A DNA stretch of 63,971 nucleotides, the filler included, from Aduncisulcus paluster (lineage: Eukaryota): the NCBI GenBank assembly GCA_024181965.1. It is 4 parts of 4 records of this genome, joined end to end, with 100 filler letters (N's around TTAATTAATTAA, not from the genome) between each part and the next. Parts side by side here need not be neighbours in the genome. Positions count along the whole stretch, not along the records: positions 1 to 15,273 come from BQXS01012536.1; positions 15,374 to 45,075 come from BQXS01012537.1; 2 more parts are not named here. One strand, given 5' to 3'. Below are positions 14,201-23,633 of the stretch, one piece after another (position 1 is the stretch's first letter; every line of letters begins with the position of its first letter). The notes beneath the pieces were generated by a model, which made no database searches, was not told the origin of the DNA, and saw only the letters and a list, made by a program, of their open reading frames with translations. Made by a program: the position numbers and the translations under genes.

Positions 14201-14330
14201 ACCAGCTGGTGTCGTGAAGAAGAGCTCATCTTATATCATTTCTCATACAAAATGGATTCAAATCTCTCAGGCTATTCGCACCATATTTGAAAAAACGGGT
14301 GGAGGTGTCGAATGGTTGTTTGAAAGATAG
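11268..14330 (+). CDS. Hypothetical helical (ARM/HEAT-like) protein
   Basis: Long ORF with first ATG at 11268 and Leu/Ile/Cys-rich amphipathic helices. No family recognised. Contains a gap-flanking duplication. Confidence 0.75.
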   Translation: MSDYEIEAKNRLSLISSAVKRASRNQRAILFIRVNVEIRKYIFNSRISETYVSDYPTVVTRAIDCLGSFFLYEPNDTTLFSSEYHSMLNIGIMSIIPMLFHERFTPCTYHVANAIFDIACCHLARSPSNSHSLMCTCRNLIEQWLSKGVRSSLKPSTVTRLLSXXXXXXXFFLYEPNDTTLFSSEYHSMLNIGIMSIIPMLFHERFTPCTYHVANAIFDIACCHLARSPSNSHSLMCTCRNLIEQWLSKGVRSSLKPSTVTRLLSLLELVCIHAPEERDFIFETIFPLFDDWIDKYGHHAEWYSILAYLCEEDNLQRQISVSRAESIKTKLPAILVHITRLSKTDFLPFSRTLVLLANLSLLSTSIAKNIFSSVPPNTIVKWFAIFRGKCPNRDGIDSVDGILNWARFVTSLCSNDSIFPKLFPRMNDYFLWIHERIDSSITAFIDYRLQVMKKIKIYDQAPISNKDPSGVYPHIDTVLDLLLIDNLKGFSELQLHNLIFYQIDDMANFFKYARPSELGTVAKLCKVLCLICGRSDIDDFCISNRTTGVEISSDTMKLIVDNLLPDLCKLCSKILPSSRPKRELDENRLIIIGSACVIVDQCCGYDYHESVPFNDGNWIRYDMLEKAYRCIFPIINPLFMYLSATSQPNLSEKFIMMCSSVSQSEKSESDAYKYKDSLCLVLSKTYFLDFFLRSKHLVNACISLLITFVKESYSPVQIWKDFYTLDQLYMVKPSDMSSQMVKTQRADLCERFPRASKRAMLMAVPIKSLLSILDDDSFCLSSDIIGGIITLCNCAICMLNPRQHQKMCFIYVSIIQKYIPILLGSISIGAEASLNAFLCLLSVLIDGLPRYLTDISTISTHVLKIQKLCELEIGRARAHQEWEVLDRTFDHWIPIQTNLEFLSYQISIHYSSSLLPIFLKTTLMAKCFPSVKLVKVMDSQLGRERIAYQGACRSIVKLQKENILIELFGGIPIVDLGAPAGVVKKSSSYIISHTKWIQISQAIRTIFEKTGGGVEWLFER
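11472..12063. repeat. 286-bp duplication either side of a 20-N gap (scaffolding artefact)
   Basis: 11472-11757 matches 11778-12063. Confidence 0.9.
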
Positions 14331-14974
14331 GTTCATCTTGTCTTAAAGAATCATTGATTCTTTTCTCTCTATTCGCTCGGTTTTCATTTGAAGTTGTTAA
14401 AATCAATTTTTTGAAATCATTTCCAGGAAGAATCCTTATTCGTGTGAGTTAAAGAAATTCTTCACTCTTAACGTTTCGATATTTCTATACTCACGCTCGT
14501 TTTATTGGGTATTGTGATTGTCACCCGAATGCTTTCTTGCCCTTACGTATTAAATATTATTATAAATACGTCAATTGAGTTATAAATTGTGTGTACAAAG
14601 TCATATCTTATGTTTAGTCTTTGGAGGTTTTGCTCAAAGCCGTGATAACAAACCAACTCACCAAAGTTTATGTATAGTGGGGAAAACTCCAGATAATATT
14701 TATACCAGAAGGAAACTCACATGAAATAACAGAACTAGAATATCTTTAAAATAAGAGGGAGTTGTATTACGGTTGTAAAGTCGATTTTTGTTATTTTTAC
14801 TTCTGATATAATAAATAAAAGTACATTAACATATTTGAATATTTCTTGATATTATAAGGTTGGTTTATTAAAATAATATTGCCAGTGCTTGTCTCTAATA
14901 TGATTTCACGGTTTTCTGCGATTACCCCGGATTGGAACATTTTTATAACATTAATTACCTAAAATAATTTAACC

Positions 14975-15253
14975 ATGTCAGATTGTGACGACGACTTCTT
15001 TTTTTTGGATGATGAATTTGAAGGAATTGCTGATATTTCTACAAAACCTCCTGGAACTATCCTAGAAGATGATATGAGTATGATCCACAAGAATAATGGA
15101 TATTTTGAGGATGAAGAAGATGGAATTATGAGATGGCACTGCAAATGTGGCTTTAAATCTACTTGTCGAGCTGATATTGAATATCATATTGAAGAGATTT
15201 TGGAAGAACGCATTGGCCAAGGAAAAGGCCTTTCAATGAGCCGAAAAGGCTGA
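14975..15253 (+). CDS. Small acidic protein with a possible degenerate zinc finger
   Basis: 92-aa ORF flanked by AT-rich DNA, with WHCKCGFKSTCRADIEYHI resembling a C2H2-like finger. Confidence 0.6.
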   Translation: MSDCDDDFFFLDDEFEGIADISTKPPGTILEDDMSMIHKNNGYFEDEEDGIMRWHCKCGFKSTCRADIEYHIEEILEERIGQGKGLSMSRKG

Positions 15254-15273
15254 TGTTAAGCAGCAGTTTAGAT

Positions 15274-15373
15274 NNNNNNNNNNNNNNNNNNNNNNNNNNN
15301 NNNNNNNNNNNNNNNNNTTAATTAATTAANNNNNNNNNNNNNNNNNNNNNNNNNNNNNNNNNNNNNNNNNNNN
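15274..15373. other. Artificial contig linker (N44-TTAATTAATTAA-N44)
   Basis: Six-frame stop spacer between N runs, repeated identically three times in the window. Confidence 0.97.
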
Positions 15374-15590
15374 CCGTTATCTTTTTTAGAAGATTTATTC
15401 CCAATTTGTCATAGTGTTCATGTCTATTTTGTTCATTTTATGTTTTGGTGTCTTTTCCCTTGATTTCTTTTGAATGAATTATTTTGAATTTGCAATAAAA
15501 ATCATTTTAAATATGAATACTACTCATGAAGTTCAACTTTTCAAGTGGATTCAACGAGTTTCGTGAAAATGAAGTTTTCTCTGAATTTGT

Positions 15591-15905
15591 ATGGAGGGAG
15601 AAAAAGAAAAACAGCAACAATATTCAATTAAATTTGATTCAGTTGAGATTAAAAGAATATTAGAAGAAAATTCCCGCTTGAAAGCTGAAAACACTGAAAT
15701 TGTCAAGTCTAATGCTCAGTTGTTATTCATTTTACAGGAAAAGGAAGCTCGCTTAAAAAGAGCCGAAGATGTGATTCGCAAATATCGAACTCGGCTTGTT
15801 CGATGGTTTGAAGACATGCAATTTGATCCGTTAGCTGTCACTCCTGACTCACATTCAATACCAAAAGCAGGAAAGCGAAGGACATCCCAAAATCCAGGAG
15901 AATGA
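15591..15905 (+). CDS. Small coiled-coil hypothetical protein
   Basis: 104-aa ORF with a heptad pattern (IKRILEENSRLKAENTEIVKSNAQL...). Confidence 0.65.
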   Translation: MEGEKEKQQQYSIKFDSVEIKRILEENSRLKAENTEIVKSNAQLLFILQEKEARLKRAEDVIRKYRTRLVRWFEDMQFDPLAVTPDSHSIPKAGKRRTSQNPGE

Positions 15906-15962
15906 GTAATATCCATACGCATACGAATTAGGATATGCACGTGTTTTAGAAACTCTGATTCA

Positions 15963-16526
15963 ATGAATAAGATTCATTCTACCGCTCGATCTCTGATTCC
16001 AACGTATTCCCTGACGAAGCGTCTTTTCCTTGGTCCCACTAGCATGGATACGGAGCTTAGTCTCGTGATGTGCAACCTTGCCTGTGTTTCAGCGACGAGT
16101 GTCTGCCTGGATCCATTCTGCGGGAGTGGAAGTATTCTCGTCGCCCTTAGTATCTTTGGTGGCTTGGTTTTTGGCAGTGATCTTAACCGAGATGCCTTTT
16201 TGAAGCGCAAGAGAGTGAAGAAGCGTGCCCTTGGTATTTCCGAAGCTGTTGCGTCCTCGTGGTGTCATTACACTCCGAAAGAAATGCTTCGCATGCAGCG
16301 GTCACACAGAGATCTCCTCGCATCATCACGTGTAAGTATTAGTGAGGAAGAGCAAAGGATATCTGCATCCTCCCATGATCACACTGAGCACATCTCTGAC
16401 CTGCAAAAAAACACAATGGAAGTGGACATGTTCAGCAACTTCGATGATTATGGACTTCCTCACTCTCTTGTCATGTGTGCTGACGCTTCTGTTAAGATAA
16501 ACAATAATATCGATCAATATCTATAA
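15963..16526 (+). pseudogene. Partial inverted copy of TRM11 (internal 518 bp)
   Basis: 15974-16491 is the reverse complement of 35904-36421 with one difference noticed (LPHSL vs LPHPL). It lacks the N-terminal THUMP region and the DPPY motif. Confidence 0.75.
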
Positions 16527-16595
16527 TTTATTATAATCTTCAAATAATCTTCAAATAAACCTCTAAAAAATACTAATATCAAATAAAATATTCAA

Positions 16596-16992
16596 CTACA
16601 CATTCAAAGTTTTGTTTCTATAAAATCTTCCACTATGGGCTCTAGAAAATTCTCCTCTCTTTCCATGCCACCTATTAGGCAGATCAATAGGGGCAGGAGC
16701 AATGCTTCCATATGTTGAGGAACTTGTTCTATAGCATATATGTTCACGTTTTGAAGCATATCCTTTAAAATGAGAAGCATCAGCGAAACGAGCTGGAAGT
16801 TCACGAACAGATGTAGTCTAAATCCCAAAAAACGAATAAAAAACGTGAAATAAGTGTCAAACATCAGATAAACATCAAAATTTTGAAAAACAACCAAAAA
16901 ATTAAAGAAAAATAGCATACCTCTTCTTTAACTGTTGAAGGTGCAGAAGGTTTCTCTTCAGGGATGATTTTTTCTTTTGGAGTGTCGGCCAT
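16596..16992 (-). CDS. PIERCE1/2-like (DUF4490/FAP182) ciliary microtubule inner protein, 97 aa, two exons (16992-16921, 16817-16596)
   Basis: Removing the 103-nt GTATGC...TTTAG intron gives MADTPKE...LPARFADASHFKGY...HICYRTSSSTYG...P.DLP...FS...GRFYRNKTLNV, which matches the PIERCE family pattern. Confidence 0.8.
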
Positions 16993-17228
16993 GTAACGAA
17001 ATATTGAAGAAACAAAATCCAAGGATTGTGAGTAGAATAGCGAGAGATAGAACAAGAATATTGTAATAAAAATCCAGATAAAACAAATCAATTTGACAAA
17101 CAAAACCAATTTATTATTTTTGAACTCATTGATTCATCCGTTTTGACCAATTTGGCCACTTCCAACCAACAATTCTTTGTATTGTGATTTTATATTGAAT
17201 TTTTCTCTTTGGTATAAACTGAATAATA

Positions 17229-20200
17229 ATGCATATTGGCGCTTTTCCCTTCCAAGCAAGCATTGGTGTGTCTGATGCCGCCCAGTCCCAAACTATTGGG
17301 GAAAAGATCAAAAGAAGGAGAGGAAAAGATTATGACATTGAATTAAAAGTTCATGACAAAGTTGAAATCCCAACTATTCCATTTCAATCCCCATTAGAAC
17401 CTTCGGAACCTTCGCTGTCCTTTTTTGATGTGGCCTCAAAGTTTTATTCAACAATAATTGATGTTTTAAGTGCTCCTAATATTTCTATTGTTGGTCTTAA
17501 TTCAACATATTGTTTGTATTCCTCATTGTTACATGATTCATTAGTTAATTCCATATCATCCCTTCTCTCAATCCGAAGCACATCTTCAGTCCTTTCTTCA
17601 TTACTCATGTCTCTTCCCCGGACAATTACCCGACTTAAATCTCCCTCAGATATTGAAGATATTTGCGATAGAAAAGGGAGGAAAATTGATGAATCTCAAA
17701 CATTGGGCTCTATGATGGCTGACAAACGACGTAGCGTGGTTGTCGAAGAAGAATATTTGCCTGAACATAGTCCTGTCATTGATAGTTCTCAGCATCGAAA
17801 GCATCGCCAGCGTCGTACTTCAGCGATCTATGACGATAATTCTTTCAATGATGAAGAAAGCGAAGGCCGTGAGGATGAGGTTGGCGAGTCATCTGAGGAT
17901 GTGGCAGATGAGAAGGTTATCCCCCTCTCCCAACTCCTCTCCTCCATACTGTCCATGTGTCTTAGCGAGAAGGATGACATTCGGGGCCGCAATACAATCA
18001 AAGATATTGGGCGGGAATTATTCAAATATCATGATAATAAGCAGACATATAACATATTTGGGGATGAAACCAGCCAGGAACCTTTCTCACTTGAAGATGA
18101 CGAATTTGATTCGACAAAATCAACCGTAGCCACGACAACTATGCATTCTTCGGCAACCACTGGTATTATATCCCGTGAAAGTGATGCAATAGACCCCGAT
18201 AATGAGGCATCTCGTTCTGTATGTGTCGGAAAACGAAGGACCTCTGCCTCTCTTGCTGATTATTTCAGTTCTTCTTCCTTAGCCCCCATAATCACTGAAG
18301 CCTTTGATGAAGATGTGAACACATCTCTCATTTCAATGCTCTCTCACGTTTATTCAGTGTTTTCGAGAGTGAAGGAGCCCACAGAGTCACCACAATTGAT
18401 CAGTTCTCTTCGGAGTCTCATTCAGCATCTTTCTCAAGAGTTTGTTACAAGTGTTCGACAGAGTGAGCAAGGAGAGAAGTACCATGTTGAAGTATGTTCT
18501 GTCATGTTGCGTATATTCTGTCTTTCTGTTGCCACCTGTTCCATCCCTCTTTGCATTTCCACCTCCACCTCTCCCGATAGTTCCCCCATGTCCCCCAAGG
18601 ATCGCTTGAGCAATGAGGAGCTTGACACAATCAACGAACTCTTACGAATAGCTCAAATGTGTCTCATTCTTGCCCTTCTCTTACTTAATAGATTCCCTCT
18701 TATCAGTGCACCTTTACTCTCCAGTCTGACATCCTCGTCCCCTCCCTCCTTCTCTCTTCTCTCACATCCGAATGGCTGCAACAGATTCTACCGACAACTC
18801 GAGCAACACAACGACATGCACCTACTGGTTATTGTGCTCATGGCTTGCGTGCAGGACGACTGCTCTGCTGTGTTCACATGGATGGAGGGAGCGATGTCAT
18901 CACACCAAGCATCAGCCTCCCCTACAATGACAAGCCATTCTACTACTCTGGGAACAGGTCAGGGGGGATTATTTCCTGGATCTCAACAAAGCCAATCTTC
19001 AATGTCGTTCCTGAACGCTTCATCGTTGTCGACTAATCCCAAGATTGTGAAGACACCTTTAGGAGGAGATAATAATCCAAAGGGTGTATCTGGGATTGTG
19101 AGTTCTCATCCCCAATCTCCTTCCTCATTAAAGCTTGATAAAGACGAAGAAGAAGAAGAATCAGTCGGTAAGAGTGATGAAGAAGACTCTGCAAAGAATT
19201 CTTCATCCCCAACTATTAAATTGTCAGAGTACTGTGTATCTCGACTCCCAGATCTCTCATTCCTCTCATTATCTTTCCTCTCTAACCTCTCATCCTCCCA
19301 TTCTCAAGTATTTTCCACCATAAAACCTCTTCCCTTTACTTCCGATGCATCTACCCCTCATCATGGAAAGTGGTCAGTGTCCAAGTATAACCCAACTCCC
19401 TCGTCGGCTCACATATCATCAATGTTCTCCCCCTCTCCCCTCGCCCTCTCCCTCTTCTCCCGCTTCTCCCTTGGGTCGTTTGTGAAGTCAGTGCTCTCGA
19501 CCATGACTGAGCTCCCGCTCTCTCAGTCTACTCTCTCCTGCCTCTCTGTGTGTGGGTCCCTTCTCCAGATGGGTATTGGCGATGCTGTGTGGAGAGAGAT
19601 TCTTGAAGGGATAGTGTATGTTGCTGCTAGTAGTCACCCCCTTAACATCTGTTCTCATCTTACTGGGGAAAAGAATGACAAGTGTTTCTCTGTCAAGACA
19701 CCCACATGTGATGAGGAGAGAGAGAGAGAGAAACAAGAGGAGGAAGAGGATGCAGAAGAAAAAGATGAAAGGGTGACACCGGAATATTATGGAAAACGGA
19801 GATACCCCCATCGAGACCAAGAGGAAGAAGAGGATGGAGAAGAATATATAGATTCAACAGATAAACATTCAGCACATCCAGATCCCCAATCATTCATTTC
19901 CTCTCACACCCTTTCGTCTCTTGACACCCCATTATTCCTCCAACTTGGGCAACCTTCCTCTCCTCCTCTAAAGTCAAGAAAGGTTGCCGAAGGATCAATC
20001 AAGGCTGTATCATTCGGTAATCCTACAGTCGTTGGAACCAGAGCCATGGAAGACGATCAGAACGATAAGGATCACATTGTTGATGATGATAATGTTGTTC
20101 TCATCGAACGTCACTTGCTCAACACTGACCCAGAGTTTAAACTCATGATGGAGATCCATTCCAGCGCTGTCAATGTCATCCTCTCCCTGAAACCAACACT

Positions 20201-20543
20201 TCCTTGCTTTTTCTTTTTGTACGATAGCGATTCATTTATTCCAACTATTGTTAACTTGTTCTCTCTGTCTTTATTCGGACAGAAGAGCATTCAGAAAATG
20301 AAAGCTTGCCAATTCGTTAATGATGATATTGAATTGTTTTTGCGCGCAAAATTGCGCCAATGTTCAGTTATATATGGCCAGATGGTGCTTACTATCCTTA
20401 GATTCATCCCAATAGATACTTATTTTGACTATCCCAAAATGATTTCACAATTAATTGATTATGAAACAGGTAAGAATGAAAAGGTGGATAAAATACTCAG
20501 AGAAATCACCCAAATTTGTGCAAGAAATACAAGTTTGGAATGA
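17229..20543 (+). CDS. Hypothetical protein, Ser-rich with helical segments
   Basis: 1104-aa uninterrupted ORF. No family recognised. Confidence 0.8.
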   Translation: MHIGAFPFQASIGVSDAAQSQTIGEKIKRRRGKDYDIELKVHDKVEIPTIPFQSPLEPSEPSLSFFDVASKFYSTIIDVLSAPNISIVGLNSTYCLYSSLLHDSLVNSISSLLSIRSTSSVLSSLLMSLPRTITRLKSPSDIEDICDRKGRKIDESQTLGSMMADKRRSVVVEEEYLPEHSPVIDSSQHRKHRQRRTSAIYDDNSFNDEESEGREDEVGESSEDVADEKVIPLSQLLSSILSMCLSEKDDIRGRNTIKDIGRELFKYHDNKQTYNIFGDETSQEPFSLEDDEFDSTKSTVATTTMHSSATTGIISRESDAIDPDNEASRSVCVGKRRTSASLADYFSSSSLAPIITEAFDEDVNTSLISMLSHVYSVFSRVKEPTESPQLISSLRSLIQHLSQEFVTSVRQSEQGEKYHVEVCSVMLRIFCLSVATCSIPLCISTSTSPDSSPMSPKDRLSNEELDTINELLRIAQMCLILALLLLNRFPLISAPLLSSLTSSSPPSFSLLSHPNGCNRFYRQLEQHNDMHLLVIVLMACVQDDCSAVFTWMEGAMSSHQASASPTMTSHSTTLGTGQGGLFPGSQQSQSSMSFLNASSLSTNPKIVKTPLGGDNNPKGVSGIVSSHPQSPSSLKLDKDEEEEESVGKSDEEDSAKNSSSPTIKLSEYCVSRLPDLSFLSLSFLSNLSSSHSQVFSTIKPLPFTSDASTPHHGKWSVSKYNPTPSSAHISSMFSPSPLALSLFSRFSLGSFVKSVLSTMTELPLSQSTLSCLSVCGSLLQMGIGDAVWREILEGIVYVAASSHPLNICSHLTGEKNDKCFSVKTPTCDEEREREKQEEEEDAEEKDERVTPEYYGKRRYPHRDQEEEEDGEEYIDSTDKHSAHPDPQSFISSHTLSSLDTPLFLQLGQPSSPPLKSRKVAEGSIKAVSFGNPTVVGTRAMEDDQNDKDHIVDDDNVVLIERHLLNTDPEFKLMMEIHSSAVNVILSLKPTLPCFFFLYDSDSFIPTIVNLFSLSLFGQKSIQKMKACQFVNDDIELFLRAKLRQCSVIYGQMVLTILRFIPIDTYFDYPKMISQLIDYETGKNEKVDKILREITQICARNTSLE

Positions 20544-20917
20544 TTGTGGTAATTCATGGTGACCATACTAACTTAGTAAGAATCGAGGTGCTTCAAAAGA
20601 AGTCTTCTTGGCAACTTATCTCATGGATTATCCCCGCATTGACATAATGTTAATGAAAAATGAAGAGATATCAAAATTATCATAACAAATATTTAGTAAA
20701 CTCATATTTATCCTGTCGGATCTCGATTTTGATTTCCCCGTATTTCGATTAGTTATAATCGAATATACTATTATTTCTTGTATTTTCACTTCTAATTTTT
20801 ATAAATTATTCTCAAATTGCCATCAATATGCTCAATTTGATGAAATAAATATAAAAAAGAGAAAATCCTCCTTCTTGGCCACCTCTGCAAAATAGACAAA
20901 ATAAGAACCATCTAAAA

Positions 20918-21745
20918 ATGATTAAGAAACAATACAAAGTACATATCATAGCATTATTAGCTGATAAGGAGGCTGGAACCGCCCTTGAATTGTCCTTACC
21001 ATTTACAACCATTATACATGGAATTGAAGAGACAATCGAACCAAAAATACATGCAAAAATACCAACCTGTACCATTTTACTTTCTGATACTGATATAGAA
21101 ACCCCTGATGCTGAAATAGCGTTGAAATGGAAATACAACTCTGAATCACATTCAAACGTCGTATCTCTATGCGATATTAAAAAGGCCATTGAGGTATCTC
21201 CGTTGGGAGAGTCTCGAATCCATGTATATATTGCGCCTTGGAGTGAAGTTCCTCCTATTCTCGTATTCCCCGAATTTTCAATTGATTCTGATGATTATTT
21301 TTCACAAATTAGTATAGAAGAAGCATATATTGGAACTTTATGTGGCCATGGAGGTCCATTCGGTGCTGTTGTGTATCACAGAAAAACGAGAGAACTCATC
21401 ACCCGGGCTCATAATCGAGTTCTTATTGATACTGACCCTACTGCACATGCAGAGGTTACCGCAATTCGAATGGCCTGCAAAAAAATTGGAACAGAACATC
21501 TTGACGACTATGTGATTGCTGCCTCTGCCCATCCTTGTCCTATGTGTTTTGGTGCATGTAGATGGGCAAGATTACATATGATAATATATTCAGCAGGAAT
21601 TGATGAGGCAGCTAGAGCGGGATTCGATGATTCTGCTTTTTATAAGGAGGTCAGAGATGAAGCATCCATGGGGAAGTTACTTGAAAAAAAATGTCATATC
21701 CATTCTTCTCTGGTATTTTCTGCCACCAAATACAAACTCTATTAG
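20918..21745 (+). CDS. Guanine deaminase, cytidine-deaminase fold (GuaD type), with an N-terminal extension
   Basis: GGPFGAVV, DPTAHAEVTAIR, PCPMC zinc motifs and the C-terminal AGFDDSAFY typical of GuaD-type enzymes. Confidence 0.85.
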   Translation: MIKKQYKVHIIALLADKEAGTALELSLPFTTIIHGIEETIEPKIHAKIPTCTILLSDTDIETPDAEIALKWKYNSESHSNVVSLCDIKKAIEVSPLGESRIHVYIAPWSEVPPILVFPEFSIDSDDYFSQISIEEAYIGTLCGHGGPFGAVVYHRKTRELITRAHNRVLIDTDPTAHAEVTAIRMACKKIGTEHLDDYVIAASAHPCPMCFGACRWARLHMIIYSAGIDEAARAGFDDSAFYKEVRDEASMGKLLEKKCHIHSSLVFSATKYKLY

Positions 21746-22100
21746 GAATAATTAGTATTATTCTTTTCAATTTTCGTCCATTTTTCTCTCCTGATGCAAT
21801 CATGCATAAAATTCTTATATTCATGGTNNNNNNNNNNNNNNNNNNNNCATATGATAATATATTCAGCAGGAATTGATGAGGCAGCTAGAGCGGGATTCGA
21901 TGATTCTGCTTTTTATAAGGAGGTCAGAGATGAAGCATCCATGGGGAAGTTACTTGAAAAAAAATGTCATATCCATTCTTCTCTGGTATTTTCTGCCACC
22001 AAATACAAACTCTATTAGGAATAATTAGTATTATTCTTTTCAATTTTCGTCCATTTTTCTCTCCTGATGCAATCATGCATAAAATTCTTATATTCATGGT
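21575..22100. repeat. 253-bp duplication either side of a 20-N gap (scaffolding artefact)
   Basis: 21575-21827 matches 21848-22100. Confidence 0.9.
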
Positions 22101-22217
22101 AAAATAAAATTTCTTTTGGATCTTTATTGCCGTTTGTTTCCATTAAATGTGAAAGATGCTACTATTTGGTGCTCAGTCCAAATCATGTTAAAATCAGTGT
22201 TATTTTGTGATTTTGAA

Positions 22218-23633
22218 ATGGGAGAAATATCAATTTTATTACCTTTAGCATGTTGTCTTATTACTTTTGGAACACTAAATACTGTTTTTACAAATCTTAG
22301 TAATGAAACATATGTTCCCTATGAAGATGGTTCTCCTGCTATTCAATACCACCATCCAGCTTTCCAAACTTTTAGTATGTTCATTGGAGAATCTGTTTGT
22401 TTTGCTGTATATGGAATTCAACAACTTGTTATAAAGCTGCGAGAAAAAAAGCATGGAGTTGATGTTTTTGAAGGAGCAAAAGAGTTGGCAGAAACAAAAT
22501 TTTCTCAATTAGAAATCAATGAAGCAGAAGAAGATATTATTACAACGTCTCCAGCTCAGATTGTAAAGCAACCATTACCTTGGAGCAAATGTTATTTATT
22601 CATTATCCCCACACTTTGTGACTGTACAGGTACCACATTAATGCATCTTGGATTGATTTTGACCACTCCTAGTGTTTATCAAATGCTCAGGTCTCTCTCA
22701 GTTGTTTTTACCGCTTTCGCCGCTCGTATTTTCTTAAAACAGAAATTGTATCACTTTAAATTATTAGGTATTGGATTGATTGTTGTTGGTACTCTCCTTG
22801 TGGGTATTCAGAGTGTCCTTGTTGGAAGTACTGGAGATGATGCTCCAAACCCTCTCCTTGGAGACATTCTCATCTGTCTTGCCCAATGTTTTGTTGCTGG
22901 CCATATGCTCACAGAGGAATATTTTCTCAAAGGGTATGAAGTTCCCGGTCTTAAGGCTGTTGGACTTGAAGGTGTCTTTGGTATGGCTATGACTGGTATC
23001 CTTCTTGCTATCCTCCAAAACACTTCACATCTTCACACTGTCACCGTCGAGGGTGGCACCGAAATTGAAATTGTTGGACCCATTGAAGATACAAGAGCGG
23101 CCTTTTATCAGATTGCTCACTCAGTCCCCCTCTTACTATTCGTGATTGGTTCTGTGTGCTCTATTGCTGCCTTTAACTTCTGTGGAATGAGCATCACCAA
23201 GCATTCCACTGCATCTGTTCGTGTGACAATTGATGCTTGTCGTACATTCGCTGTCTGGCTCGTGTCCCTTTTTGCTGGTTGGGATGATTTCTACATAATG
23301 ACTCTTTTGGGCTTCTTTATTCTCGTTAGTGGTACCATTACTTACAACAAGGTTGTGAAATGTTCATGCCTTCAGACTTCGTATGATCTTGAAACTGAAG
23401 ATGAAAGCGATGCCAAAATTGCTGCTGCCCGGAAGGCTGCCCTCCAACAAAGCAATGTCGATGACCAAGGAATGCTTGGGGTTGGACAACCCACTGGTGA
23501 TGCCCTATTGTATCCTTCGCCAGGCGGCGATGTTGATGATCTCGAAGGTGACATTGGAGATGATACAATGCTCGAAGAGGTATTCCCAGACACAATGATG
23601 GATGCCGATTTCGATACTAAATCGATCGTGTAA
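22218..23633 (+). CDS. SLC35F6-like drug/metabolite (nucleotide-sugar) transporter
   Basis: About 10 hydrophobic helices, with HHPAFQTFSMFIGESVC, IPTLCDCTGTTL, SVYQMLR, AVGLEGVFG and AFNFCGMSITK...RVTIDACRT. The start ATG is inferred. Confidence 0.85.
   Translation: MGEISILLPLACCLITFGTLNTVFTNLSNETYVPYEDGSPAIQYHHPAFQTFSMFIGESVCFAVYGIQQLVIKLREKKHGVDVFEGAKELAETKFSQLEINEAEEDIITTSPAQIVKQPLPWSKCYLFIIPTLCDCTGTTLMHLGLILTTPSVYQMLRSLSVVFTAFAARIFLKQKLYHFKLLGIGLIVVGTLLVGIQSVLVGSTGDDAPNPLLGDILICLAQCFVAGHMLTEEYFLKGYEVPGLKAVGLEGVFGMAMTGILLAILQNTSHLHTVTVEGGTEIEIVGPIEDTRAAFYQIAHSVPLLLFVIGSVCSIAAFNFCGMSITKHSTASVRVTIDACRTFAVWLVSLFAGWDDFYIMTLLGFFILVSGTITYNKVVKCSCLQTSYDLETEDESDAKIAAARKAALQQSNVDDQGMLGVGQPTGDALLYPSPGGDVDDLEGDIGDDTMLEEVFPDTMMDADFDTKSIV

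Noticed and set aside
15318..15329. TTAATTAATTAA repeated three times within N runs as a biological repeat
   Set aside because: It is an artificial six-frame stop linker joining contigs. Gene neighbourhoods across the linkers are meaningless.
17229..20543. Faint resemblance of the C-terminus to the ARID1/BAF250 C-terminal domain
   Set aside because: Too weak to support by eye, so the gene is left as hypothetical.
21794..22018. Second guanine deaminase gene
   Set aside because: It is an exact gap-flanking duplicate of the first gene's 3' end.
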